This document shows, one piece after another, positions 38,400-47,040 of a stretch of DNA of 64,000 nt. The translations under genes were made by a program, and so were the position numbers. Under the pieces are notes generated by a model. It worked only from the letters and a program-made list of their open reading frames with translations, was not told where the DNA came from and searched no databases. Location: contig MWCH01000002.1 in assembly GCA_002069945.1 (NCBI GenBank), positions 79,164 through 143,163 of the forward strand. Reading direction: 5' to 3'. This DNA is from Microgenomates group bacterium ADurb.Bin219. Lineage in GTDB: Bacteria > Patescibacteriota > Microgenomatia > UM-FILTER-40-11. Each line of letters opens with the position of its first letter. Position 1 is the first letter of the stretch.

Positions 38400-38762
38400 T
38401 TATTTCGGTGTCGGAATACTAATCGGACCGCTGATTACTGTTATTTTGAAGAATTTTTCCAAAATAAGCATAATTGCCCAGGACGCGGCGACAATTCCCA
38501 ATCCGATTAAGGCGTTGGTAATTTGTTTGCCGGCCGCTTCGGTCTTTTTTGAATCACCGCCGGACATAATCCATTGCAAACCACCGAGCAGTAAATAGAA
38601 AAAGGTTGCCAGAGCGGCAATGGTCATCAATAATCTGACAAGAGCGCTGATAACCGAGCCCAAATCCGTCCAACCGACACCCGGTTCCGCAACTTGCGAC
38701 AAAGGAATTCCCGAAATTTGTTGAGCTTGTGCAATCAAATTAAAAAAACTAACTCCTAACAT
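38400..38762 (-). CDS. Pilin-like two-TM protein, paralog 2
   Basis: LLGGLQWIMSGGDSKKTEAAGKQITNALIGLGIVAASWAI conserved core. Confidence 0.6.
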   Translation of the reverse strand: MLGVSFFNLIAQAQQISGIPLSQVAEPGVGWTDLGSVISALVRLLMTIAALATFFYLLLGGLQWIMSGGDSKKTEAAGKQITNALIGLGIVAASWAIMLILEKFFKITVISGPISIPTPK

Positions 38763-38867
38763 TTATTTTTTGTTTTTCACCCCCTTTTATTTTATATTTA
38801 TTTTTTTAATTGTTACCTAAAGACCAGTGTATTTTTTAAAAACATTCGTGTCAATAAGTAAGAAAGA

Positions 38868-39191
38868 TTAAAGGGTGGGAATAATAAATCCGGAACCGAG
38901 GATATCCAAACCGACAACAATACCGACAACTTTAATAATTGCCCAGGCGCTAAAAAGAATTATCATGCCGATAATGGCGCCGGAAATTTGTTTCCCTGCC
39001 GCCTCCGCCCGTTTTGAATCTCCACCACTGGTAATCCACATTACCCCTCCCCAGACAAGATAAAAGATCAAGGCAATTGAACCGATAATCATAAAAGCCC
39101 TAACAAAAACGACGATTGCCTTCGGCAGCCATTCGCCGACGGTTTTGTCTTTAGAATTGGGGATTAAGGGATTATAAATTTGTTTAGCCAT
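38868..39191 (-). CDS. Pilin-like two-TM protein, paralog 3
   Basis: LVWGGVMWITSGGDSKRAEAAGKQISGAIIGMIILFSAWAI conserved core. Confidence 0.6.
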   Translation of the reverse strand: MAKQIYNPLIPNSKDKTVGEWLPKAIVVFVRAFMIIGSIALIFYLVWGGVMWITSGGDSKRAEAAGKQISGAIIGMIILFSAWAIIKVVGIVVGLDILGSGFIIPTL

Positions 39192-39194
39192 AAA

Positions 39195-39674
39195 TTATTT
39201 CCAAATATTTTTTAAAAATTCAAAAGGATTAAGAAGTTCAATTCCCAAAACCATTCCTACTAATTCAATGATAAAAATCGCGGAAACAACAATGACCAGG
39301 CCGATTAAAGAATTGGTAATTTGTTTTTGAGCTCCTTCTATGGATTTTTGGTCGCCGCCGGCCGTAATCCACTTTAAAGCAGCGGTAAAAAATTGAAGGA
39401 TAAAGTAAAGAAAGGCAAAAAGAGTAATCAGGCCGATTCCGATAGAAATGATCCTGTTTAAAAGATCCAAAGGTAAAGTAATATTTGTGCCGATTAGGTT
39501 CTTGAAATTTTCACCTAAAGGACCTAGCCCTTCAAGACGGCCCAGCTCTTTTGCACCGGGAGCCAAAGTTGGCGTTTGAGAATAAGCAGGCTTAGAAAAA
39601 CCCGTAATCAAAAATAAGAAAAAGGTAAAAGCAAAAAAATTTTTATTGAAAAATGTTTTTCTATTGTGGCCCAT
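39195..39674 (-). CDS. Pilin-like two-TM protein, paralog 4 (with cleavable-looking signal peptide and longer N-terminal region)
   Basis: Signal FFAFTFFLFLITGFSKPAYSQ; core AALKWITAGGDQKSIEGAQKQITNSLIGLVIVVSAIFI. Confidence 0.6.
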   Translation of the reverse strand: MGHNRKTFFNKNFFAFTFFLFLITGFSKPAYSQTPTLAPGAKELGRLEGLGPLGENFKNLIGTNITLPLDLLNRIISIGIGLITLFAFLYFILQFFTAALKWITAGGDQKSIEGAQKQITNSLIGLVIVVSAIFIIELVGMVLGIELLNPFEFLKNIWK

Positions 39675-40086
39675 AAATTTTTGGATTCAAAATGGCAGTA
39701 GCATCGCCGAAAACAATAAAGCCGATAATCGCAGCCGTAACCAGAGAGCCGGCCATAATTACCAAACCGACTACCGAGTAAATAATTTTATTGGTAGCTT
39801 GCTCTATTTTTTTGGAATCGCCGCCTGCGGAGATATAAGTTAGACCGGCCAATAAAATGTTAACAAAAGTAAAGATGCCACCGCCCACAATAAGAAGTTT
39901 TATTAAAACATTGGCAAAGCCGATTAATCCTCCTTTGCCGCCAACCCCAATATCTCCCCATTTTTCAACTCCGGGCGGCGGAGAAATTTTTCCGATGACA
40001 TCGGCAATATCGGCAATGAGCAGTTTTTCCGTCATTTTCCCAAGATATTTAAGCCGGTAACTATTTGAATAATTTGAATTATCCAA
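39661..40086 (-). CDS. Pilin-like two-TM protein, paralog 5 (true start more likely the internal Met at 40035, giving an ATGA overlap with the next paralog)
   Basis: Core LLAGLTYISAGGDSKKIEQATNKIIYSVVGLVIMAGSL; the 40086 start would overlap paralog 6 by 55 nt. Confidence 0.55.
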   Translation of the reverse strand: MDNSNYSNSYRLKYLGKMTEKLLIADIADVIGKISPPPGVEKWGDIGVGGKGGLIGFANVLIKLLIVGGGIFTFVNILLAGLTYISAGGDSKKIEQATNKIIYSVVGLVIMAGSLVTAAIIGFIVFGDATAILNPKIYGPQ

Positions 40087-40367
40087 TAGCTGGCAAAAAT
40101 AATGCCAAACCCGACCAAAGCAGAGGTGACCGCCTGCTGGCCCTGAGAAGTTTTTTTCGGGTCACCCCCTCCAGCTCCCATAATAATGCCGAGGCCTCCG
40201 AATAACAAGAGGAAAAACAAGAGAACCCCGGCCAAAATAAAAGCGTTTTTTAAAAAAATGGAAACAAGACCACCTAAAGATTGATATTCCGTTACTCTAC
40301 CGATCGGAACAGAAGGTTTGAGCAAAAGTTCATCGCCGATGTTAACGGCAGACAAAAGGTCAGACAT
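40032..40367 (-). CDS. Pilin-like two-TM protein, paralog 6
   Basis: Core FGGLGIIMGAGGGDPKKTSQGQQAVTSALVGFGIIFASYWI. Confidence 0.6.
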   Translation of the reverse strand: MSDLLSAVNIGDELLLKPSVPIGRVTEYQSLGGLVSIFLKNAFILAGVLLFFLLLFGGLGIIMGAGGGDPKKTSQGQQAVTSALVGFGIIFASYWIIQIIQIVTGLNILGK

Positions 40368-40519
40368 AGTTTAATAATAACACTACATTAGTGCAAAGCG
40401 CAAAATACAGAGAACAGAGGTTAGAGGGTGGAGTAAAAGAAGAAGCGAAGGATTAATTGTGTTTTTCCGACTCAATATTTAGCGAAAATTATAATTTTTT
40501 ATGCTAGAATGCTTTCAAA

Positions 40520-41785
40520 ATGAAGGATAAAAAAGAAAAAAATTTACCTGAAGGAACTTTGGTTCCTAACCATTTGGCGATAATTTGTGACGGCAACCGG
40601 CGTTGGGCGAGAGCGAGGGGGAAACCGGCTTTTGAAGGCCACCGGCGCGGTTTTGATATTACCCCTTCACTTTCCCGGGCTTGCCGCGATTTTGGAATTC
40701 ATACTTTAACCTTTTGGGTTTTTTCAACGGAAAATTGGGACCGGCCTAAAGAAGAAATTGCTTTTTTGATGAAGAAATTTGAAGAATTTATTGATGTTCA
40801 TCTTAAAGAAGCCAAAAAAAGCGAAGTTCGGATAATTCACTTGGGACGGAAAGACCGGATTCCTTCTTCTTTGGCAAAAAAAATTATTAAGGCAGAGAAA
40901 GAAACAAAAGAAAACAAGAAATTCGTTTTAAATATTGCCTTGGATTACGGCGGCCGGGATGAAATTTTAAGGGCAATCGGAAAAATGACTGGAGAAAAAT
41001 TAACCAAAGAAAGTTTAAGTGAAGAAACCTTTCAAAAGTATTTGGACACCGGTTCCCAACCATTTCCCTATCCTGATTTGATTATCAGGCCTTCGGGCGA
41101 ACAAAGGACAAGCGGGCTTTTAATTTGGCAGGGAGCTTACAGCGAAACTTATTGGCTTCCTGATCATTTCCCGGAGTTAACCCCGGAAATTTTAAAAGAA
41201 GCTTTAATAGATTTTTCCAAAAGAAGGCGCCGTTTCGGCGGCAACGATAACGTTCCCCGCGTTAAGTTTTCTCCGGAAAAACTGGCCAAGTTGGAGAGCG
41301 TCTATTTACAAGAGGGCGATTGGGAGAATCAGGAAAAAAAGGAAGAAAAAATCGGGAATTGGTTAAAAGAGCTTTACGGTCTAGATCTCCAAAATTCTTC
41401 GTCCGCGGCCCAATTCTATTGTGAAGGGTTAATTCTTGCCGGAAAGGAAGATTGGGCCAAGGCAGAAGAAAAAATGAAAGATTTTTATCAAATAATTAAG
41501 GAAGCAACCGGTTATGTTTTTAGCCCGGAAGCGGTCGCCAAATTGGAAGTTGATTTAAAAAAGACCGAAAAGAAAACCAGGGAGAGCTTGGATAAAGCTG
41601 AATTGGAAAAAGCCTTGCGGAATTATTACGGCGAGATTTACCGGCTTTCCGACCTGCAATCGCGGCGGACGGCTTATTATAAAACCCTGGCGATAACAGC
41701 TTTTAATTCGGCCGGAGACAATTCGGCGACAGCAGAAAAATATTTGGTTAAAACCTACGAGACACTTCGTGAAGTTGCTTCCTAA
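40520..41785 (+). CDS. uppS: Undecaprenyl-diphosphate synthase (cis-prenyltransferase) fused to a ~180 aa C-terminal helical domain of unknown function
   Basis: UppS motifs HLAIICDGNRRWA, FWVFSTENWDRPKEEI, LNIALDYGGRDEI, IRPSGEQRTSGLLIWQGAYSE in the first ~240 aa; 421 aa total. Confidence 0.8.
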   Translation: MKDKKEKNLPEGTLVPNHLAIICDGNRRWARARGKPAFEGHRRGFDITPSLSRACRDFGIHTLTFWVFSTENWDRPKEEIAFLMKKFEEFIDVHLKEAKKSEVRIIHLGRKDRIPSSLAKKIIKAEKETKENKKFVLNIALDYGGRDEILRAIGKMTGEKLTKESLSEETFQKYLDTGSQPFPYPDLIIRPSGEQRTSGLLIWQGAYSETYWLPDHFPELTPEILKEALIDFSKRRRRFGGNDNVPRVKFSPEKLAKLESVYLQEGDWENQEKKEEKIGNWLKELYGLDLQNSSSAAQFYCEGLILAGKEDWAKAEEKMKDFYQIIKEATGYVFSPEAVAKLEVDLKKTEKKTRESLDKAELEKALRNYYGEIYRLSDLQSRRTAYYKTLAITAFNSAGDNSATAEKYLVKTYETLREVAS

Positions 41786-41802
41786 GGTATAATATTTTTG
41801 CT

Positions 41803-42321
41803 GTGGTTTCGGAAAATACTTCTATCGATAAAGCGACGTTAAACCGTCTGAAACAATATATCGCCAAAAGGGTCCATCAGCCGGAAGAGGCGGAGGAAAT
41901 TTTTCAGGATGTTTTGGTTGATACGGTTGACAGTCTGCCTCTTTTTCGCGGAGAATCAGCTCTTTTTACTTTCATTTGCGGGATTGCGAACCATACGATT
42001 GTTGATTATTACCGGAAAAAGAAATTAAAGACGCTTCTTTTTTCCCGATTCCCTTTTTTAGAGGAAGTCGCTTCTCAAGCTCTCGGACCGGACGAAAAAT
42101 TGGAAAAGGAAGAATTGAGAAAGGAGGTGAAAATTGTTTTGGCTGCCCTGAGCGAAGGATATCGGGAGGTTTTGCGACTTAAATATATAGACGGAATGAC
42201 CGTCAACCAAATTGCCAAGAAATTCAATACAAGCTTTAAGTCGGTTGAATCAAAATTATCAAGGGCACGCAGTTCGTTCAGAAAAATTTGGTTGATTGGT
42301 AAATCAAAATTTAAAATTTAA
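41803..42321 (+). CDS. ECF-type RNA polymerase sigma factor
   Basis: Region 2 (EEAEEIFQDVLVDTVDSL ... IANHTIVDYYRKK) and region 4 HTH (LRLKYIDGMTVNQIAKKFNTSFKSVESKLSRARSSFRK). Confidence 0.75.
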   Translation: MVSENTSIDKATLNRLKQYIAKRVHQPEEAEEIFQDVLVDTVDSLPLFRGESALFTFICGIANHTIVDYYRKKKLKTLLFSRFPFLEEVASQALGPDEKLEKEELRKEVKIVLAALSEGYREVLRLKYIDGMTVNQIAKKFNTSFKSVESKLSRARSSFRKIWLIGKSKFKI

Positions 42322-42727
42322 AATGAAAAATTACAATTCAAAATTAAAAATTAAAGAAGCGTCGGGAAAGATCTTCAAGACAATTTTTTTATTAGTAATT
42401 CGCGAATTTTATCTTTTTTTTAGAAATATATACGGTTTGGCTTGTCATCCTTTCTTGACGATAAGGAGGATTAGAAGAGAAAAAGATTATTTTCAGGTTT
42501 TATTGGTTTTTGGACTGCCGGTATATTTTTGGCTCGCCGCCATTGTCTCTTTGGCGGTTTTAAGATTTTTAATTGGGATTAGGGGCAGGTTGGGTTGGAT
42601 TGCTCATTCTTTACTTTGGTTGGTTTCCGGTCTTACGGGCTTAATTTGCTTTTATCTTTTTTATTGGCTTTGGTTAACTTATTTTAATCAGAAAAAAATC
42701 AAAGAAGGAGGCCAAAGTGCCGGTTGA
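42296..42727 (+). CDS. Hypothetical membrane protein (3 TM), possible cognate anti-sigma/partner of the ECF sigma
   Basis: Overlaps the sigma gene end; TMs VLLVFGLPVYFWLAAIVSLAVL, IAHSLLWLVSGLTGLICFYLFYWLWL. Confidence 0.35.
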   Translation: MVNQNLKFKMKNYNSKLKIKEASGKIFKTIFLLVIREFYLFFRNIYGLACHPFLTIRRIRREKDYFQVLLVFGLPVYFWLAAIVSLAVLRFLIGIRGRLGWIAHSLLWLVSGLTGLICFYLFYWLWLTYFNQKKIKEGGQSAG

Positions 42728-42962
42728 AAAAGGTAACTATTCGGCTCGGTATTGGCGAGGGCAAAAGGAAAGGTATTCTTTGGTTGGACCGGAAATCCAT
42801 TTGCCTAATCCCGGAGACTTAGTCGTTTTTCAAGGCCAGCCTTTTCATTTGGAAGATGAAGGCAAGACTTTGAGGGCTTTTGGGGAGGAGGAAAAAAGAA
42901 AGTTTGTTTTAAAGAACACCTCAAAAATCTATAAGCTATCACACAACGAGGTTAAGAGATGA
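42717..42962 (+). CDS. Hypothetical small protein
   Basis: 81 aa ORF overlapping the previous gene by 11 nt; no recognisable motifs. Confidence 0.3.
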   Translation: MPVEKGNYSARYWRGQKERYSLVGPEIHLPNPGDLVVFQGQPFHLEDEGKTLRAFGEEEKRKFVLKNTSKIYKLSHNEVKR

Positions 42963-43277
42963 CTATTTCAAAATTGAAATTCCCAACACCACTTCAACAA
43001 TCTGGATCACCCAGTAGGAGACAAAAAGGATAAAGAAACCGACAACGGCATTGGTAATTGATTTTCCGGCACTTTCTTTCGCTTTGGGATCATTGGCTCC
43101 GGTCATCATTTGAAAACCGGCCATTATTAAAGATACAAGAAGGATAATTCCGGCAAGAACATAAACAATTTTTAATCCTTCGGAAATAATTTCACCGAGA
43201 TTTAAATCTCCTCCTAAACCGATCGCTCCCTTGGTCGGGAAGGCGCTTGCTTTAATATCGTTGAAATTAATTGCCAT
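42963..43277 (-). CDS. Pilin-like two-TM protein, paralog 7
   Basis: Core IMAGFQMMTGANDPKAKESAGKSITNAVVGFFILFVSYWVI. Confidence 0.6.
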   Translation of the reverse strand: MAINFNDIKASAFPTKGAIGLGGDLNLGEIISEGLKIVYVLAGIILLVSLIMAGFQMMTGANDPKAKESAGKSITNAVVGFFILFVSYWVIQIVEVVLGISILK

Positions 43278-43297
43278 TTTTCTTTAAATTTTAAAAT

Positions 43298-44194
43298 TTA
43301 TAAACCGGGAATTCCCAATATCTTAACTCCAATTAGTTCCAGCAAAAAGACGGAAAAAATTATAAACAATAAGCCGATCAAGGCGGAGGTGATTGTTTCT
43401 TTAGCGGCTTGAACTCCTTTGGGGTCGCCGGCAGAAGTAATTATCCGGAAACCGCCGAAGATAACCAAAAAGAAAGCGATTCCGCCGGCAACAGCAATTA
43501 TTCTTTTTAAAAGCCAGGCAGTAAATTCGCTAAAATCACCGGTTGGGATACAACCCAAGGCAGTCCAAGCGCCGCCTTTATAGTTCTTGTCTGGAGTTAC
43601 ACATTTTCTACAATCTTCGTTACATTCCCTCGGGCAATCGAAATTATCAACCTTACATCCGCAGACGTCACAATGTGGAGCAACGAGAGCATTATCTCCT
43701 CCACAAATCCAATTGCCAGTTTTTCCTGAAGTGTGAAGGCATTTACATTCTTTCGGACACGTTTGATCATTTGGTCCGGAACACGGATTTCCACAGCCGG
43801 GAGCCAAAGCCGGGATAACCCCTAAAGGACAACAACACGCATTTCCGTTTGCCACGGTAAAAGTTTTATAGATACACTGTGGATTAAGACTGGAACATGA
43901 TTTCATTGTAAATTTTACTTCTTGTCCCTGCTCACAGTACGAACCAGCAGATGTTGGACAACAGCACTGAACCTCTGTAGTAATTAACCAACCCTTTGTT
44001 GCTCCGGAACGCTTGCATCCTACAGGGCAGCTTTCGGTGGGTTTAATCCAACGCACGGTATCAGTCGAGTTACAAGAAAACGAACCGTAGGTAGTAGTCG
44101 TTATGAATGGTAGTTTAAAAAGAGGAGAAAAAATTAATAAACTAAAAATTAGAAGAATAATAAATATTATTGGGGAAATTTTAAGACATTTCAT
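43298..44194 (-). CDS. Secreted Cys-rich (about 30 Cys) domain fused to a C-terminal pilin-like two-TM module (paralog 8)
   Basis: Signal IIFIILLIFSLLIFSPLF; Cys-rich CxxC/CC-rich ecto-domain (CCCPTSAGSYCEQG ... CPKECKCLH ... CDVCGCKVDNFDCPRECNEDCRKC); C-terminal FGGFRIITSAGDPKGVQAAKETITSALIGLLFIIFSVFL. Confidence 0.6.
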   Translation of the reverse strand: MKCLKISPIIFIILLIFSLLIFSPLFKLPFITTTTYGSFSCNSTDTVRWIKPTESCPVGCKRSGATKGWLITTEVQCCCPTSAGSYCEQGQEVKFTMKSCSSLNPQCIYKTFTVANGNACCCPLGVIPALAPGCGNPCSGPNDQTCPKECKCLHTSGKTGNWICGGDNALVAPHCDVCGCKVDNFDCPRECNEDCRKCVTPDKNYKGGAWTALGCIPTGDFSEFTAWLLKRIIAVAGGIAFFLVIFGGFRIITSAGDPKGVQAAKETITSALIGLLFIIFSVFLLELIGVKILGIPGL

Positions 44195-44301
44195 CCTTTT
44201 TAGTTTAACACCTTCAGTAAAAAGAGAGCAAGAGACAGGGCAAAGATCTAGGCTGAGGAAGAAAAGAAGAGATTAAGTCAGAATGGGTTATAATTAATCC
44301 A

Positions 44302-46038
44302 ATGTTAGTAACAAGTTTAAACTTAAAATTTAAAAGGGTAAAAATCAATTCTGCGGTTAAGATTTTTTTTATTCTCCTTTGCGCTTTCTACTATGCACTT
44401 TGCGCTCTGCCAATCAGGGCCGAATGTGCCGCTACCGATTATGACTGCCAGATTAGGGAGTTGCAAAAAGAAGTTGATGCGAGGACGGAAGCCCACGAAA
44501 AAAACAAATTAAGCCTGGCCGCTTACGAAAAAGAATTAAGCCGGATCGCCAATACTTTAACTTTATTGGCCGGCAAATTAAAAGCAACGGAAAAGGAAAT
44601 TTTTCAAAGGGAAGTTGATCTGGCGACCCAAAAAGAATTATTGGAAGTGCGGATTAGGGATTTATACAAAAAAAGCCGGAACTCTTCCCCTCTTTTCCTT
44701 CTGCTTTCTTCCCGCTCTGCCGGCGAATTTACGCAGCAATTGGGGTTAAGACGGGCGGCGGCCAACGAAGACTTAAGAATTATCAATCTTTTATCAAAGG
44801 ACATTTCCCGTTTGGAAACGGACAAAACGAATTTTAAAAAAAGTCAGGTTTCCTTGGCCGCTTTGCAAAAAAAAGTTGACAGCCAGGCTTCCTTTTTAAG
44901 ACAGGAAGTTCAAAAAACCGAAAGCTTCTTTTCCCAAATTGCTGCCAAGCAAAAAGATCTTTTGGCTTTAAAATCAGGCGGCTTTTCCACTTCGGTTGGC
45001 GACGTGCCACCGGCCGACGATCCGGCTTCCCGGCCGGATTATAATCCGGGCTTTTCGCCCGCTTTTGCCGTCTTTTCCTTTGGCGCTCCCCATCGGAAAG
45101 GGATGAGCCAATATGGAGCTTACGGCCGGGCTAAGGCCGGGCAATCGGCGGAGGATATTTTACGCGCTTATTACGGCAATATTGAAATTAAAAAGGATTA
45201 TTCAACGGCGATTAATATTCGGGTAACCGGGTACGGTACCGTTGATATTGAAACTTACGTCAAAAGAATTTACGAAATGCCTTCTTCTTGGGGAGACAGC
45301 GGCGGTTTTGAAGCCCTTAAGGCCCAGGCAGTGGCGGCCCGATCTTACGCTTTGGCTTATACCAATAACGGCAGTGGTTCAATTTGTGCGACCGAATCCT
45401 GTCAGGTTTATAAACCGGCCAACAAAGGCGGTAAATGGGACGAAGCGGTTAACGCGACCCGGGGCTGGGTTTTAATTGCCGGCGGCAAACCCTTTTCCGC
45501 CTGGTATGCTTCTACGGCCGGCGGCTATACTTTTTCCTATTCTCACAATGGCCATACAACTCCCGGTCTCTGGGATACAGCCAAAGGTAGGGAGGGTTGG
45601 ACCTCGGAAGCTTACGAAAAGACCGCCGGCTCGCCTTGGTTTTATAAAGCCTGGTATCGCTTAAGAAGCGGCGGATCATACGGTCGTTCCCATCCCTGGT
45701 TGACCGAAACGGAATTTAGCGATGTTGTTAATGCCCTTTTAATTTACAAAGGGAATTCCAGCGAGGTTTCCCATCTTTCTTCTTTGGACGCGGGGATTTC
45801 CGATACTTGGAGTATGGCCAAAGTTAAGGAAGAAGCGGCCAGATACGGTGGACCAGTCGGGAAAATTAATTCGGTTGAACAAGTCTATTCAAACGACGGC
45901 TATACCAAAATTGTTTATTTGGAAACGGACAAAGGCAGGAAGGAATTTTCTGGAGAGGATTTTAAATATATGTATAATTTGCGCGCTCCGGGAGCCATCG
46001 GCATCAAATCAAGTTTGTTTGATATCAGAAGAAAGTGA
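44302..46038 (+). CDS. SpoIID/LytB-domain protein with N-terminal signal anchor and coiled-coil region
   Basis: SpoIID signature SFGAPHRKGMSQYGAYGRAKAGQSAEDILRAYYGN; N-terminal coiled coil (QIRELQKEVDARTEAHEKNKL ...). Confidence 0.7.
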   Translation: MLVTSLNLKFKRVKINSAVKIFFILLCAFYYALCALPIRAECAATDYDCQIRELQKEVDARTEAHEKNKLSLAAYEKELSRIANTLTLLAGKLKATEKEIFQREVDLATQKELLEVRIRDLYKKSRNSSPLFLLLSSRSAGEFTQQLGLRRAAANEDLRIINLLSKDISRLETDKTNFKKSQVSLAALQKKVDSQASFLRQEVQKTESFFSQIAAKQKDLLALKSGGFSTSVGDVPPADDPASRPDYNPGFSPAFAVFSFGAPHRKGMSQYGAYGRAKAGQSAEDILRAYYGNIEIKKDYSTAINIRVTGYGTVDIETYVKRIYEMPSSWGDSGGFEALKAQAVAARSYALAYTNNGSGSICATESCQVYKPANKGGKWDEAVNATRGWVLIAGGKPFSAWYASTAGGYTFSYSHNGHTTPGLWDTAKGREGWTSEAYEKTAGSPWFYKAWYRLRSGGSYGRSHPWLTETEFSDVVNALLIYKGNSSEVSHLSSLDAGISDTWSMAKVKEEAARYGGPVGKINSVEQVYSNDGYTKIVYLETDKGRKEFSGEDFKYMYNLRAPGAIGIKSSLFDIRRK

Positions 46039-46131
46039 TACAATGAGAGTCAAAGAGCAGGAGAGCAGGAGGGTAAAAATTTTCATTTAAGAATTACACT
46101 CTTTTACTCTTTCATTCTTCTACTCTCCGAT

Positions 46132-46773
46132 ATGCCCGATCTTTATACCGCCAAAACCGATGCCGATAAACCGATAAATTCCGTTAGTCCAACTAAGCCG
46201 GAAACTTCCATCAGTGAAAAAAAATTAAAAATTATCAATGAATTGCCGGTCTCAACCAATCCTTTTTCCGCCTTTGCCTTAAATCCGTCTGGAGTCAATT
46301 TTGAAAACCAAAAAAACGACGAGACGGTTTTATTGCTTTTAAGACAGCATTGGGGAGTTAATACCGCTTGGATTTTGGCCGGGATTCTCTTTTTCTTCCT
46401 TCCTTGGTTATTTAAGTATTTTCCCGGATATTATCTTTTGCCGGAAAAATATCAGCTGGCGGTTTTTATCGGCTGGTATCTTTTGTTGGCCGCCTTTGTT
46501 TTTGAGAAGTTCTTATCCTGGTTTTTTAATGTCGGTATTGTTACTGACCGCCGGGTGGTGGATGTTGATTTCTTTGGCCTTTTATATAAGGAAATAAGCG
46601 ATGCCGAATTGGATAAAATTGAGGATGTAACTCTAAAACAAGTCGGGGCGATTAGGACGGTTTTTGATTTTGGGGATATTAATATTCAAACTGCCGGGGA
46701 AAAGGCCAATATTGAGTTTAATGACGTTCCTCATCCCCGCCGGGTCGTCAAGCTCTTGGAGGATTTAAGATAA
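46132..46773 (+). CDS. Membrane protein with bacterial PH (YdbT/bPH_2-like) domain
   Basis: Two TMs followed by VGIVTDRRVVDVDFFGLLYKEISDAELDKIEDVTLKQ, typical of bPH_2. Confidence 0.45.
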   Translation: MPDLYTAKTDADKPINSVSPTKPETSISEKKLKIINELPVSTNPFSAFALNPSGVNFENQKNDETVLLLLRQHWGVNTAWILAGILFFFLPWLFKYFPGYYLLPEKYQLAVFIGWYLLLAAFVFEKFLSWFFNVGIVTDRRVVDVDFFGLLYKEISDAELDKIEDVTLKQVGAIRTVFDFGDINIQTAGEKANIEFNDVPHPRRVVKLLEDLR

Positions 46774-47004
46774 ATGGAAAATTTAACCAATTTTTTACTG
46801 TCCGCCAATGTTTGGTTAATCGCCAAGTTTTTTGTCTTGCTGGCTTTTTTTGTTTACGCCTGTTTTGCTTTTATCCTGGTCCGCCAGGTTTCCATGATGA
46901 TTGAAGTTGTTGTTACCAATTTGGGATCTTTAATAAAGATGATTTCAATCGGTCTTTTGATTGTGGCGATTGCCGCTTTTATTGCCATGATTTTGTTTTT
47001 GTAA
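46774..47004 (+). CDS. Small two-TM membrane protein
   Basis: 76 aa, two hydrophobic helices, starts immediately at the stop of the previous gene. Confidence 0.3.
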   Translation: MENLTNFLLSANVWLIAKFFVLLAFFVYACFAFILVRQVSMMIEVVVTNLGSLIKMISIGLLIVAIAAFIAMILFL

Positions 47005-47040
47005 TTTATTTAAATTTATTTGTTAAAAATTTCTTAAAAG

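Noticed and set aside
39661-40086. Full-length 141 aa version of pilin-like paralog 5 overlapping paralog 6 by 55 nt
   Set aside because: An internal Met (start 40035) gives an ATGA overlap and keeps the conserved core; the long N-terminus is probably not translated, though this is not certain.
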